In this document: positions 41,800 through 49,870 of the stretch, one piece after another
Layout: each line of letters opens with the position of its first letter
How positions within the stretch are numbered: position 1 is the stretch's first letter
NCBI GenBank assembly: GCA_040902295.1
Contig: JBBDXO010000308.1
Location: 1 to 56,771 of the forward strand
Reading direction: 5' to 3'
From: Candidatus Rokuibacteriota bacterium
GTDB taxonomy: Bacteria > Methylomirabilota > Methylomirabilia > Rokubacteriales > CSP1-6
DNA length: 56,771 nucleotides
The notes under the pieces: generated by a model
What the model saw: the letters and a program-made list of their open reading frames with translations, nothing else
What the model was told of the DNA's origin: nothing
Databases searched by the model: none
Made by a program: the position numbers and the translations under genes

Positions 41800-42225
41800 T
41801 CAGACGTCGACGACGAGGCGCGTTTCGTGGCCGTCGGCGAGGGCGGTCACCGCCACCCCGTGCAGGGTTGCCGCCTTGACCACGCTCCCCAGGCGGTGCC
41901 GCGCGGGGTCGAGAGGCTCGCCGTGGAGCACGCCGTGGACGAAGGCGCCCGGGATGACGGTGACGCTGACGCGATGGACGGCGAAGCCCTCGATCTCGTG
42001 CACGTACAGGCACTCGTTGATCCAGCTCACGAGCAACGTCTCGAGACCGTCGCCCTGGGCGCGCACCTCGCGCGTCTCACGTTCGGCGACGTCCTCCGGC
42101 GGCACGATGAGGGCAAAGACGCCGAGCGCCGTCTGGGCGAACGCCTCGGCCAGGCTCGGCGCCCACGCCCGCACGCCGACGTCCGCTTCCACATCGAAGT
42201 GCTCGTAGCCTGCGGGCTTGTTCAC
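41800..42225 (-). CDS. archease
   Basis: YEHFDVEADVGVRAWAPSLAEAFAQTALG matches the archease N-terminal signature (YE.FDHTADIG..A). 141 aa. The start overlaps the rsmE stop by 4 nt. Confidence 0.8.
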   Translation of the reverse strand: MNKPAGYEHFDVEADVGVRAWAPSLAEAFAQTALGVFALIVPPEDVAERETREVRAQGDGLETLLVSWINECLYVHEIEGFAVHRVSVTVIPGAFVHGVLHGEPLDPARHRLGSVVKAATLHGVAVTALADGHETRLVVDV

Positions 42226-42995
42226 GTGGGGGGCCCCGATATGGCCCCCCGCCTACGCGGTCCGCCGAGATCACCGAAGCGTGCCTGGAGTACCGCGAGC
42301 ATCGCGGGCCCCGCGGTCTCCGTTCTCAGGATCCGCGCGCCGAGACTGACGGTCGTCCAGCCGTGGGCGCGCGCAGCCGCCACTTCGTCGTCGGCGAGCC
42401 CCCCTTCGGGACCGATGAGCAGCAGCGCCGTGCGCGGACTGGAGGCGGCGTCGAGGGCGCGCTCCAGGGCGGGGCCGTCACCCTCCCACACGCAGAGCGC
42501 CAGATCGGCGGCCGCGGCGAGGGGCAGGTGCTCGGCGAGCGGGCGAGGCTCGTCGACGTGGGGAACGACGGCGCGGCGGCATTGCTTGGTGGCCTCGCGC
42601 GCCACGCGCTGCCAGCGTCGCGTGCGCTCGCGCCAGGCCGCGGCATCCAGCCGCACCACGGTGCGGGCGCCGAGGGCGGGCAGTACGCGCGCCACGCCGA
42701 GCTCGGTGGCGGCGCGCACGATCGTCTCCATGCGGTCGCCCTTCGGCACCACCTGCACGAGGGTGACGGCGAGCGGCGACTCCGCCTCGCGCGCGGCCAC
42801 CTCCAGGACGCTGCCGGTGGCCTGCGCCCCCACCGTGTCCAGGCGCACCGTGTAGTCGTGGCCGGCGCCGTCGGTGGCGATCACGGTGTCGCCGGGACGC
42901 AGGCGCAGCACGCGGCAGAGGTGGCGCGACTCGTCCGCGTCGAAGGCGACGTGGCCGCGCGTGATGCGCTCAGGGGCGATCGTGAACCGGCGCAT
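42222..42995 (-). CDS. rsmE: 16S rRNA (uracil1498-N3)-methyltransferase
   Basis: MRRFTIAPERI...ESRHLCRVLRLRPGD PUA-like N-terminus, and C-terminal SPOUT knot LLIGPEGGL...VSLGARILRTETAG. Confidence 0.85.
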   Translation of the reverse strand: MRRFTIAPERITRGHVAFDADESRHLCRVLRLRPGDTVIATDGAGHDYTVRLDTVGAQATGSVLEVAAREAESPLAVTLVQVVPKGDRMETIVRAATELGVARVLPALGARTVVRLDAAAWRERTRRWQRVAREATKQCRRAVVPHVDEPRPLAEHLPLAAAADLALCVWEGDGPALERALDAASSPRTALLLIGPEGGLADDEVAAARAHGWTTVSLGARILRTETAGPAMLAVLQARFGDLGGPRRRGAISGPPT

Positions 42996-43860
42996 CGTGC
43001 CGCAGCTCGAGGCTGGTCCACCCCTCGACGGAGAGCGCGCGCCCCGCGCGCAAGCCGTGCCCGGCGAGGGTGGCCACCACGCCGTCGCGCTCGGCGTCGA
43101 GGATGCCGCCGAGGACGAGGGCGCCGCCGGCTTCCAGGTACGTGCGGTAGCGCGCGCCCAGCCGGCGGTGCGCCGCGGCGAGCAGGTTGGCGAGCACGAG
43201 CGGCGCCGGCTCCGTCGTGAACGTCTCCACGTCGGCCACCCGCGCGCTCACGCGCTCGGCCATGCCGTTGCGCGCGGCGTTGCCGGCCGCCGCCGCCACC
43301 GCGTCCGGATCGCTGTCGATGGCGATGGCTGACGCCACGCCCAGCTTCACGGCGGCGATGGCGAGGATGCCGGAGCCGGTGCCGATGTCGAGCGCGCGGG
43401 GGGGCCGGTCGCGCTCGACGATGTCCTCGACCAGCCGCAGGCATCCCGAGGTGCTGCCGTGCTGCCCCGTGCCGAAGGCGCGGCCGGGCTCGATCGTGAT
43501 CACCGCGCGCCCGTTGGGGGCGGGCTGCTGCCACGGGGGCGTCACCAGCAGCGAGCGGCCGACCTCCATGGGGGCGAAGTGCGCGCGCCACGCCTCCGCC
43601 CAGTCCTCGTCGGCGATGGGGGCCAGCCGCGGGCCGCCGCCGCCGGCAAAGCCGAGCGCGCGCAGGCCGTCGAGGTACTGCTGGACGCGCGCGGGCAGGG
43701 TGTCCGTGTCGTGGGCGTCCGGAAAGAAGGCGCGCAGGCGCGGCCGCTCCCCCGGGCGCTCGTCCTCCACCACGCCGAGCGCACCGAGCTCCCACACGAA
43801 GTTGGTCAGCCCTTCAGAGGCCTCGTCGGGGACGGCCACCGTGAGCTCCCAGTAGCGCAC
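42970..43860 (-). CDS. prmA: ribosomal protein L11 methyltransferase
   Basis: ITIEPGRAFGTGQHGST and SAM motif ALDIGTGSGILAIAA. 296 aa. Confidence 0.88.
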   Translation of the reverse strand: MRYWELTVAVPDEASEGLTNFVWELGALGVVEDERPGERPRLRAFFPDAHDTDTLPARVQQYLDGLRALGFAGGGGPRLAPIADEDWAEAWRAHFAPMEVGRSLLVTPPWQQPAPNGRAVITIEPGRAFGTGQHGSTSGCLRLVEDIVERDRPPRALDIGTGSGILAIAAVKLGVASAIAIDSDPDAVAAAAGNAARNGMAERVSARVADVETFTTEPAPLVLANLLAAAHRRLGARYRTYLEAGGALVLGGILDAERDGVVATLAGHGLRAGRALSVEGWTSLELRHDAPVHDRP

Positions 43861-44958
43861 CTAGCCGAAGAGCTTTTTCATGCGCTCGAAGAAGGCGCTG
43901 GCGAGGGGCCCGCGCTCGCTCCGCGAGGCCGTCTCGAATGCCTCCAGCGCTTCCCGCTGCTTGGCGTTCAGCTTCTGCGGCACCTCGAGGATCAGCCGGT
44001 AGCAGGCATCGCCGTGACCGCGGCCCCGCAGGTGCGGCATGCCCTGGCCGCGCAGGCGGAGGACCTGATGCGGCTGGCTGCCGGCGGGGATCTTCAGCTT
44101 CTCCGTCGACGACAGCGTGGGCACCTCCGCCTCGTGGCCGAGGGCGAGCTGCGCGAAGCTCACGGGCAGGTCGCAGACGATGTCGTGCCCGTTGCGTGCG
44201 AACATCGCGTGCTCGCGCACGCGCACCTGCACGTACAGGTCCCCGGCGGGCCCGCCGTTGAGGCCGCTGGAGCCTTCGCCGCTGACGCGCAGCTGCATGC
44301 CGTCCTCGATCCCGGCGGGGATCTTGATGGACAGCAGCTGCTCCCGGCGCTGACGCCCCTCGCCGCGGCAGTCCTTGCACGGGCTCTCGATCGTCTCGCC
44401 CTCGCCGCCACACTTGGGGCACGGGCGCGCCATCGTGAGCGGGCCCAGCCGCGACGCCACCTGGCCGCGCCCGCGGCAGACATCGCACGTGGCGCGGCGC
44501 GAGCCCGGCTCCATCCGGCTGCCGCTGCACTTCTTGCACGTCTCCATGCGCGGGATCTGGATCTTCGTCTCCACGCCCGCCGCCGCCTCTTCGAGCGTGA
44601 TCTTCATGTCGTAGGGCAGATCCTCGCCGCGCATGGCGGAGGAGCGGCGGCCGCGGCCGCCCCCCATGAAGCCGAAGCCCTCGAAGATGTCGTTGAAGAG
44701 GCTGCCGAGGTCGCCCTCGAAGCCGCCGCCGCCGCCCGGCACGGCGGTGCCGAAGCGGTCGTAGTGCGCGCGCTTGTCGGGGTCGGAGAGGACGGCGTAC
44801 GCCTCGCCCAGCTCCTTGAAGCGCTCCTCGGCTTTCTTGTCGCCGGGGTGGCGGTCGGGGTGGCACTGCATGGCGGCGGTACGGAACGCCTTCTTGATCT
44901 GCCCGTCGTCAGCCTCGCGCGGCACGCCGAGGACCGCGTAATAGTCGCGCGTCGCCAC
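43861..44958 (-). CDS. dnaJ: molecular chaperone DnaJ
   Basis: J-domain DYYAVLGV...HPDR...YAVLSDPDKRAHYDRFG, Gly-rich linker, and four CxxCxGxG zinc-finger repeats. Confidence 0.95.
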   Translation of the reverse strand: MATRDYYAVLGVPREADDGQIKKAFRTAAMQCHPDRHPGDKKAEERFKELGEAYAVLSDPDKRAHYDRFGTAVPGGGGGFEGDLGSLFNDIFEGFGFMGGGRGRRSSAMRGEDLPYDMKITLEEAAAGVETKIQIPRMETCKKCSGSRMEPGSRRATCDVCRGRGQVASRLGPLTMARPCPKCGGEGETIESPCKDCRGEGRQRREQLLSIKIPAGIEDGMQLRVSGEGSSGLNGGPAGDLYVQVRVREHAMFARNGHDIVCDLPVSFAQLALGHEAEVPTLSSTEKLKIPAGSQPHQVLRLRGQGMPHLRGRGHGDACYRLILEVPQKLNAKQREALEAFETASRSERGPLASAFFERMKKLFG

Positions 44959-45485
44959 TAGGCCGCGTCCTCGTCCGGGGCCGCCGCCACCGCCACCATG
45001 GCCGGGCGCAGGACGCGGCCGTGGAGCAGGTAACCCGGCGCCGTCTCGGTGATCACGGTGTCCGCGGGCTGGCTGGGGCTCACGATTCGTGCGATCGCCT
45101 CGTGGCGCGTCGGATCGAAGCGCTGTCCGACCGCGCTGTAGCGGGTGACGCCCGCCCGCTCGAGCACGCGCAACAGCTCGCGCTGGATGAGCTCGACGCC
45201 TTCCACCACGCCCGCGGCGTCGTCCTTGGCGCGGGCGGCGGCCAGCGCGCGTTCGAGATTGTCCAGCACCGGCACGAGGTCCTTCAGCAGGGACTCGGCG
45301 GCGTACTTGACGTACTCCTCACGGTCGCGCTGGGCGCGCCGGCGCACGTTTTCGGTCTCGGCGAGCGCGCGCAGCAGCTTGTCCTGGCGGTCGTCGAGCT
45401 GGCGGCGGAGGTCATCGCCCTCCGCGGACGAGGCCAGGGGCTCGTCGGGGGACGCGACGGTGTCGTGGGGCTCGGCATTCTCCAT
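44958..45485 (-). CDS. grpE: nucleotide exchange factor GrpE
   Basis: Coiled-coil LRALAETENVRRRAQRDREE and C-terminal PGYLLHGRVLRPAMVAV. Its stop shares one base with the dnaJ start. Confidence 0.9.
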   Translation of the reverse strand: MENAEPHDTVASPDEPLASSAEGDDLRRQLDDRQDKLLRALAETENVRRRAQRDREEYVKYAAESLLKDLVPVLDNLERALAAARAKDDAAGVVEGVELIQRELLRVLERAGVTRYSAVGQRFDPTRHEAIARIVSPSQPADTVITETAPGYLLHGRVLRPAMVAVAAAPDEDAA

Positions 45486-45519
45486 ACGGTGAATTATAGC
45501 AGCGGCGCCGCGGCGCCCC

Positions 45520-46542
45520 TCAGGAGGGCAGGTACAGGTCCTGCCGCACCCGCGAGAGCGCCTCGGAGACGTGGCGGGCGGTCTCGTCGACCACCGTGAT
45601 GACCTCCGGATACGGCAGCCGGCGCGGGCCCACGATGCCCAGGATGCCGAGCACCTGGCCGCGGTACAGGTAGGTGGAGGTGATGAGCGTGCACTCGCGC
45701 ATGGCGGTGACGGGGTTCTCGTCGCCGATGAGGACGCGCACGCCGGGATCGCCGGCGAGGGAGGTCATGAGCTCCGCGAGCCGCTCCTTGTGCTCGAACG
45801 TGCGCAGCAGCTCGCGGGTGGTCTCGATGTCCCAGAACTCGGGATGGTCGAGCATGTTGATGGCGCCGCTCACGTACAGCGTGCGCCCGCCGAGCAGGGC
45901 CACGATCTGCTCCGTCACCGCGCGCGCGCGGGTGTGGAGGGCGTCCAGCGGATCGTTGGGCGCGCGCTCCATGTGCACGATCTCCTGCACGGTGCGGTCG
46001 CGAAAGCACCGGGTGAGCTCGCGGCCGATGGCACGCACGTCCTCGCCGGTGAGCGGCGGGTCGACGGTGACTTCGCGCACCGTGATCCAGCCGGCGTCGG
46101 TGATGACGACGGCGAGCGCGCGGTCCTCCTCGAGGGGGATGAGGTCGATGCGCGCGACGGTGGTGTGCTGCAGCGGCGGGGCGAGGAGCAGCCCCGTCAG
46201 CTTCGTCACCGACGACAGGTGCGCGGTGGTGCGCTCCATGAAGCCGTCGATACCCGAGCGCCGGGTGGGCAGCGTGGCGTCGGTGGCGGGCCGCGCGCTC
46301 GAGGGCGGCGGGAACGACTCCACGTAGAACCGGTACGCCTTGTCGGTGGGGACGCGTCCCGCGCTCGTGTGGGGCTGCACGAGATAGCCCATCTCTTCGA
46401 GGTCGGCCATCGCATTGCGGATGGTCGCCGGCGACAGGGCCGGAAAGTGCCGCTTGGACAGCACGCGGGAGCCGACCGGCTCCGCGGAGTCGATGTATTC
46501 GCGGATAACCGCGATCAGCACGTCACGTTCACGAGCGTCCAC
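45520..46542 (-). CDS. hrcA: heat-inducible transcription repressor HrcA
   Basis: RERDVLIAVIREYIDSAEPVGSRVLSK winged-helix N-terminus, and HTSAGRVPTDKAYRFYV. GTG 46542 was chosen; the upstream 105 codons of track ORF 45520-46857 are unconserved. Confidence 0.88.
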   Translation of the reverse strand: MDARERDVLIAVIREYIDSAEPVGSRVLSKRHFPALSPATIRNAMADLEEMGYLVQPHTSAGRVPTDKAYRFYVESFPPPSSARPATDATLPTRRSGIDGFMERTTAHLSSVTKLTGLLLAPPLQHTTVARIDLIPLEEDRALAVVITDAGWITVREVTVDPPLTGEDVRAIGRELTRCFRDRTVQEIVHMERAPNDPLDALHTRARAVTEQIVALLGGRTLYVSGAINMLDHPEFWDIETTRELLRTFEHKERLAELMTSLAGDPGVRVLIGDENPVTAMRECTLITSTYLYRGQVLGILGIVGPRRLPYPEVITVVDETARHVSEALSRVRQDLYLPS

Positions 46543-46548
46543 TAACCT

Positions 46549-46577
46549 GTTGTAACTTTTCGCGCGGGGCGCGTCAA
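46549..46577 (-). promoter_or_regulatory. sigma-70-like promoter TTGACG-17-TACAAC ending 6 nt before the hrcA GTG (leaderless candidate)
   Basis: On the minus strand: TTGACG 46577-46572, 17-nt spacer, TACAAC 46554-46549, then aggtta and GTG 46542. Confidence 0.35.
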
Positions 46578-46849
46578 GAACGGTTGCGTTGCGCCGGGAC
46601 AGAGGCGACGCCTCGCATCGATGTTGCTCTCGCAGGGGCCGCTTCACACCGTCCGGCCGGAGGCGGTTCCTCGACACCATCGCGTCCATCCTTCGCGAGA
46701 ATCCTGCTGCCGCACGGCGGTTGAGCTGGCGAGAGCCGTCGGTCCATTTGACGGCCACCGCATCATCGACCAGTGATCTCGCAGTACGTCCCGATGGCCT
46801 CGACGCTCGTGCGCGAGCCCTTCCACCGCCTCGGGGAGGACATTGCCGC

Positions 46850-46887
46850 CGCGGCACGTTCGCTGCTACGCGGCACGTTCGCTGCTA
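46850..46887 (+). repeat. perfect 2 x 19-bp tandem repeat, each unit carrying a -24/-12-like element CGGCAC-gttcg-CTGCT
   Basis: Bases 46850-46868 equal 46869-46887 (cgcggcacgttcgctgcta). GG-N10-GC spacing is kept in each unit. The repeat lies 61 nt upstream of ATG 46948, at the edge of the low-GC segment. Confidence 0.9.
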
Positions 46888-46947
46888 ATATGAGACTCCC
46901 CCGCGCAGTGAACCGTCCCGACCGGCAACCGAGAGGGCTCGACCACG

Positions 46948-47802
46948 ATGGCGCTGATCGCATGTCTCTTCATCGCTAGCGTCATAGCGCTTGCCCCAGC
47001 GACCGTGAGTGCTCAACTCACCCTGTATGACGACTTCAACGGCCAGGCGGTCATCGACGCGTCGAAGTGGCGCGGTGGCGAAGACGTCGTCGACCCGAGC
47101 CAGCCCGCTCCCGCGGTCTTCAATTCGGATATCCGGCGCGAAATCGTGACCGACCAGCTTCGTCTGTTGCTCACCAGTCACGGACCCGAGGGCTCAAGCG
47201 AGTTCGACAATGGAACAGGAATCTCGCGGAACCGCCTCGTCCTCGCCCACAAGGGCTTCATCGATGGCGCTCCCAAGATCGGACTGATCGAAGCCGCCGT
47301 GACCGTCGCGGCGGCAGAAGCGGTGCCGTGCGTCTCGCACGCCGAATTGATGGAAGCGCGAGCGGGAGTGCAGGGAGCGTTCTTCAGAACAAGCGCGCTG
47401 GGAAACCCAGAGCGAGACATGCACGCGGGGATCTATCTCGTTCAGCGTTCGAACGGAGATGAGCAGATCGTCGCCTTCACACATGACTTCCTTACTGGTG
47501 ATCGGGTCGCTCGGATCTTCGACGAGACCTGGACAATCGGTACTCCGGTTGTCTTAACGATCAGGTACCAGCCGACGCTCAACAGATTCCGATTCACCGC
47601 CAGGAACGGCACCAATGCCGCAGAAGAAAAGTTCATCACGTACACGGCCAACGACGCCCCCAGGCGTCTTTGTTTCGCCAAACAGGTCCAGGTCGAGAAC
47701 GTGGTCCACGTGTGCTTCGGCACGAGCGTGATGGCGACGATGGATGCGCGCTTCGACAACGTGAGGATTTCCAAGGGGGCCGTCGAATCAATGGTTGAGT
47801 GA
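46948..47802 (+). CDS. secreted hypothetical protein, possibly concanavalin-A-like lectin/glucanase fold
   Basis: Signal peptide MALIACLFIASVIALAPATVSAQ. LYDDFNG....D.SKW resembles the start of ConA-like/DUF1080-type domains (weak recall). G+C is clearly lower than in the flanks. Confidence 0.6.
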   Translation: MALIACLFIASVIALAPATVSAQLTLYDDFNGQAVIDASKWRGGEDVVDPSQPAPAVFNSDIRREIVTDQLRLLLTSHGPEGSSEFDNGTGISRNRLVLAHKGFIDGAPKIGLIEAAVTVAAAEAVPCVSHAELMEARAGVQGAFFRTSALGNPERDMHAGIYLVQRSNGDEQIVAFTHDFLTGDRVARIFDETWTIGTPVVLTIRYQPTLNRFRFTARNGTNAAEEKFITYTANDAPRRLCFAKQVQVENVVHVCFGTSVMATMDARFDNVRISKGAVESMVE

Positions 47803-47978
47803 GGCTCGATGAGGCGTTTGCAGCGGACGCCGGACCGCGAAATCACGGAGGGCGGGCGGACGCGCCGCGATAGGGGCTGGCGCGGGGATCATGGCGCTCA
47901 GATTCCTCAGGAGCCGAGGCCGGGCGGCTGACCCGCGCTCGCTCGCGCTGGCATCGGCACGTGCCCTCGTCCGGATTC

Positions 47979-49199
47979 TTACAGCAGCTCGATGAAGAGG
48001 GTGTCGGAGACGAGGAAGCCGGATTCGGTGAGGGCGATGGCGTCCCCGCGGTCGGCGAGGAGGCCGGCCTCGCGCCAGGTCGTGATGCGGTGCCGGAGAT
48101 CGCGGTCGGCGGCGAGACGCTCTTCCAGCAGCGAGCGGGGGATGCCGTCGTGGGTGCGCAGACCGAGGATGAGCTGCTCGGCGAGGCGCTGGCGGGGGGT
48201 CAGGCCTTCGCAGGTGTCGATCGGCAGCGTGCCCGCTTCGAGGGTCGCGCAGTAGCGAGCGACGGGCTTGGTGTTGCCGTAGCGGGTGGCGCCGATGAAG
48301 CCGCAGGCGCCGGGGCCGGCGGCGAGGTATTCGGCGGCGCGCCAGTAGGTGAGGTTGTGGCGCGAGCGGTGGCCGGGGCGCGCGTAGTTGGAGATCTCGT
48401 AGTGCTCGAAGCCGCGCGCGCCGGCCGCGCGTGCGAGCGCCCAGTACTGCTCGACCACCGCGCCCTCGGGGGGCAGCCCCGCCACGCCGGTCACGCCCCA
48501 CAGGCTGCCCGCGTCCAGCGTGAGCCCGTAGGCCGAGAGGTGATCGGGCTGCCAGTCGAGGACGGCCTGCACGGCGCGGGACCAGCCGGCGACGTCGAGG
48601 CCGGGCAGCCCGTACATCACGTCGACGCTGACGTTGTCGTGCCCGGCCAGTCGCGCGGCGTCGAAGGCGGCGTGCGCCTGGCCGGCGCTGTGCAGCCGGC
48701 CGAGCCGGGGCAGGATCGCGTCGTCGAGCGCCTGCACGCCGAGGCTGATGCGGTTCACCCCCGCCGCCCGGTATCCCTCCAGCTTGTCGCGGTCCACGCT
48801 CTCCGGATTGCACTCGACCGTGATCTCGGCCCCGGGCGCCACCGACAGGCGCGCGCGCAGCTCGTCGAGGAGGGCGGCGAGGTCGCTCACGTCGAGCAGC
48901 GACGGTGTGCCGCCCCCGAGAAACACCGAGGCGATCGTCACCTCCCCCGCCCACGGCAGCTCGCCCAGCAGCGCCAGCTCGCGCCGCACCGCGCTCACGT
49001 ACCGGCGCATGCCGCCGTCATCGAGCGGCGCCGTGTTGAAGCTGCAGTAGTAGCAGCGCTTGGCGCAGAAGGGGACGTGCAGATAGAACCCGAGCTGACG
49101 GGAGGCCGGCCGCGCTCCATGCAGGACGCGCGCGTGCGAGGGATCGGCGACGGCGGCGTCGCGCGCGGGGATCAGGGGATGTAGCGGCCGAGACGCCAC
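47979..49199 (-). CDS. hemW: radical SAM heme chaperone HemW (HemN-like, oxygen-independent coproporphyrinogen oxidase family)
   Basis: YLHVPFCAKRCYYCSFN CxxxCxxC cluster motif, FLGGGTPSLL, ISLGVQ. GTG 49199 overlaps the lepB 3' end by 28 nt. Confidence 0.85.
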   Translation of the reverse strand: MASRPLHPLIPARDAAVADPSHARVLHGARPASRQLGFYLHVPFCAKRCYYCSFNTAPLDDGGMRRYVSAVRRELALLGELPWAGEVTIASVFLGGGTPSLLDVSDLAALLDELRARLSVAPGAEITVECNPESVDRDKLEGYRAAGVNRISLGVQALDDAILPRLGRLHSAGQAHAAFDAARLAGHDNVSVDVMYGLPGLDVAGWSRAVQAVLDWQPDHLSAYGLTLDAGSLWGVTGVAGLPPEGAVVEQYWALARAAGARGFEHYEISNYARPGHRSRHNLTYWRAAEYLAAGPGACGFIGATRYGNTKPVARYCATLEAGTLPIDTCEGLTPRQRLAEQLILGLRTHDGIPRSLLEERLAADRDLRHRITTWREAGLLADRGDAIALTESGFLVSDTLFIELL

Positions 49200-49870
49200 C
49201 AGCGCAGCCAGTGCTTGGCGCCGTCCCAGGACCAGTAGATGAGGAACGCCTTGCCCTTGATCTTGTCGCGCTTCACGAAGCCCCAGTACCGCGAATCCTG
49301 CGAGTTGTCGCGGTTGTCACCCATGACGAAGTAGGAGTCGGCCGGCACCCGGGTGGGCTCGCAGCCGTAGGCGTACCCGCAGTACGAGGGCTGGCCGCTG
49401 TGGCCGAGGGGGGAATCGACCTTCTTGACGTACGGCTCCACGAGCGGCCTGCCGTTGACGCTCACCTGCGCGCCGCGGATCTGGACCTGCTCGCCGGGCA
49501 GCGCCACGATGCGCTTGATGAAGTCACGCTTCTCGTCCTGAGGATACTTGAACACGATGATGTCGCCGCGCTCGGGATGGCGCAGGGCGGGCAGCCGGTA
49601 GTCGGTGAGGGGCAGCTCGGGGCCGTACAGGAACTTGTTCACCAGGATGTAGTCGCCCACGAGCATCGTGTCCATCATGGAGCCGGAGGGGATGGTGAAG
49701 GCCTGGACGATGAGGGTGCGGATGACGAGGGCGAGGAGGATCGCGATGGCGATCGCTTCCGCGTACTCGCGGACGACCGACTTGCGGCGGCGGGGGACCG
49801 CGGCGGGCTGCGCCCCTGCCTCCGTCACCGCCTCCGCCGGCTTGTCGGCGTGCCCTTCGCGGACGTCCAT
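49172..49870 (-). CDS. lepB: signal peptidase I
   Basis: IPSGSMMDTMLVGDYILVNK (catalytic Ser box), RGDIIVF, IKRIVALPGE, FVMGDNRDNSQDSRYWG (Lys box region). ATG 49870 shares one base with the lepA stop. Confidence 0.9.
   Translation of the reverse strand: MDVREGHADKPAEAVTEAGAQPAAVPRRRKSVVREYAEAIAIAILLALVIRTLIVQAFTIPSGSMMDTMLVGDYILVNKFLYGPELPLTDYRLPALRHPERGDIIVFKYPQDEKRDFIKRIVALPGEQVQIRGAQVSVNGRPLVEPYVKKVDSPLGHSGQPSYCGYAYGCEPTRVPADSYFVMGDNRDNSQDSRYWGFVKRDKIKGKAFLIYWSWDGAKHWLRWWRLGRYIP

Noticed and set aside
46543-46947. CIRCE operator or a small RNA gene in the unusually long hrcA upstream intergenic region.
   Set aside because: No TTAGCACTC/GAGTGCTAA-like inverted repeat was found by eye. 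The small track ORFs here (46589-46888, 46644-46826, 46763-46963) have no coding-like features. I saw no convincing terminator-bounded structure. The question is left open for covariance-model scanning.
47956-47965. Perfect 10-bp palindrome GGCACGTGCC between the secreted-protein gene and the hemW 3' end.
   Set aside because: It could form only a loop-less 5-bp hairpin and has no U-tract. It may be a protein-binding site, but there is nothing else to support that.
46890-47978. Mobile-element origin of the low-GC gene (IS, integrase, att sites).
   Set aside because: There are no transposase or integrase ORFs, no terminal inverted repeats and no flanking direct repeats. The partial similarity between cggcacgt in the 19-bp repeat and 47955-47962 is too short to count.
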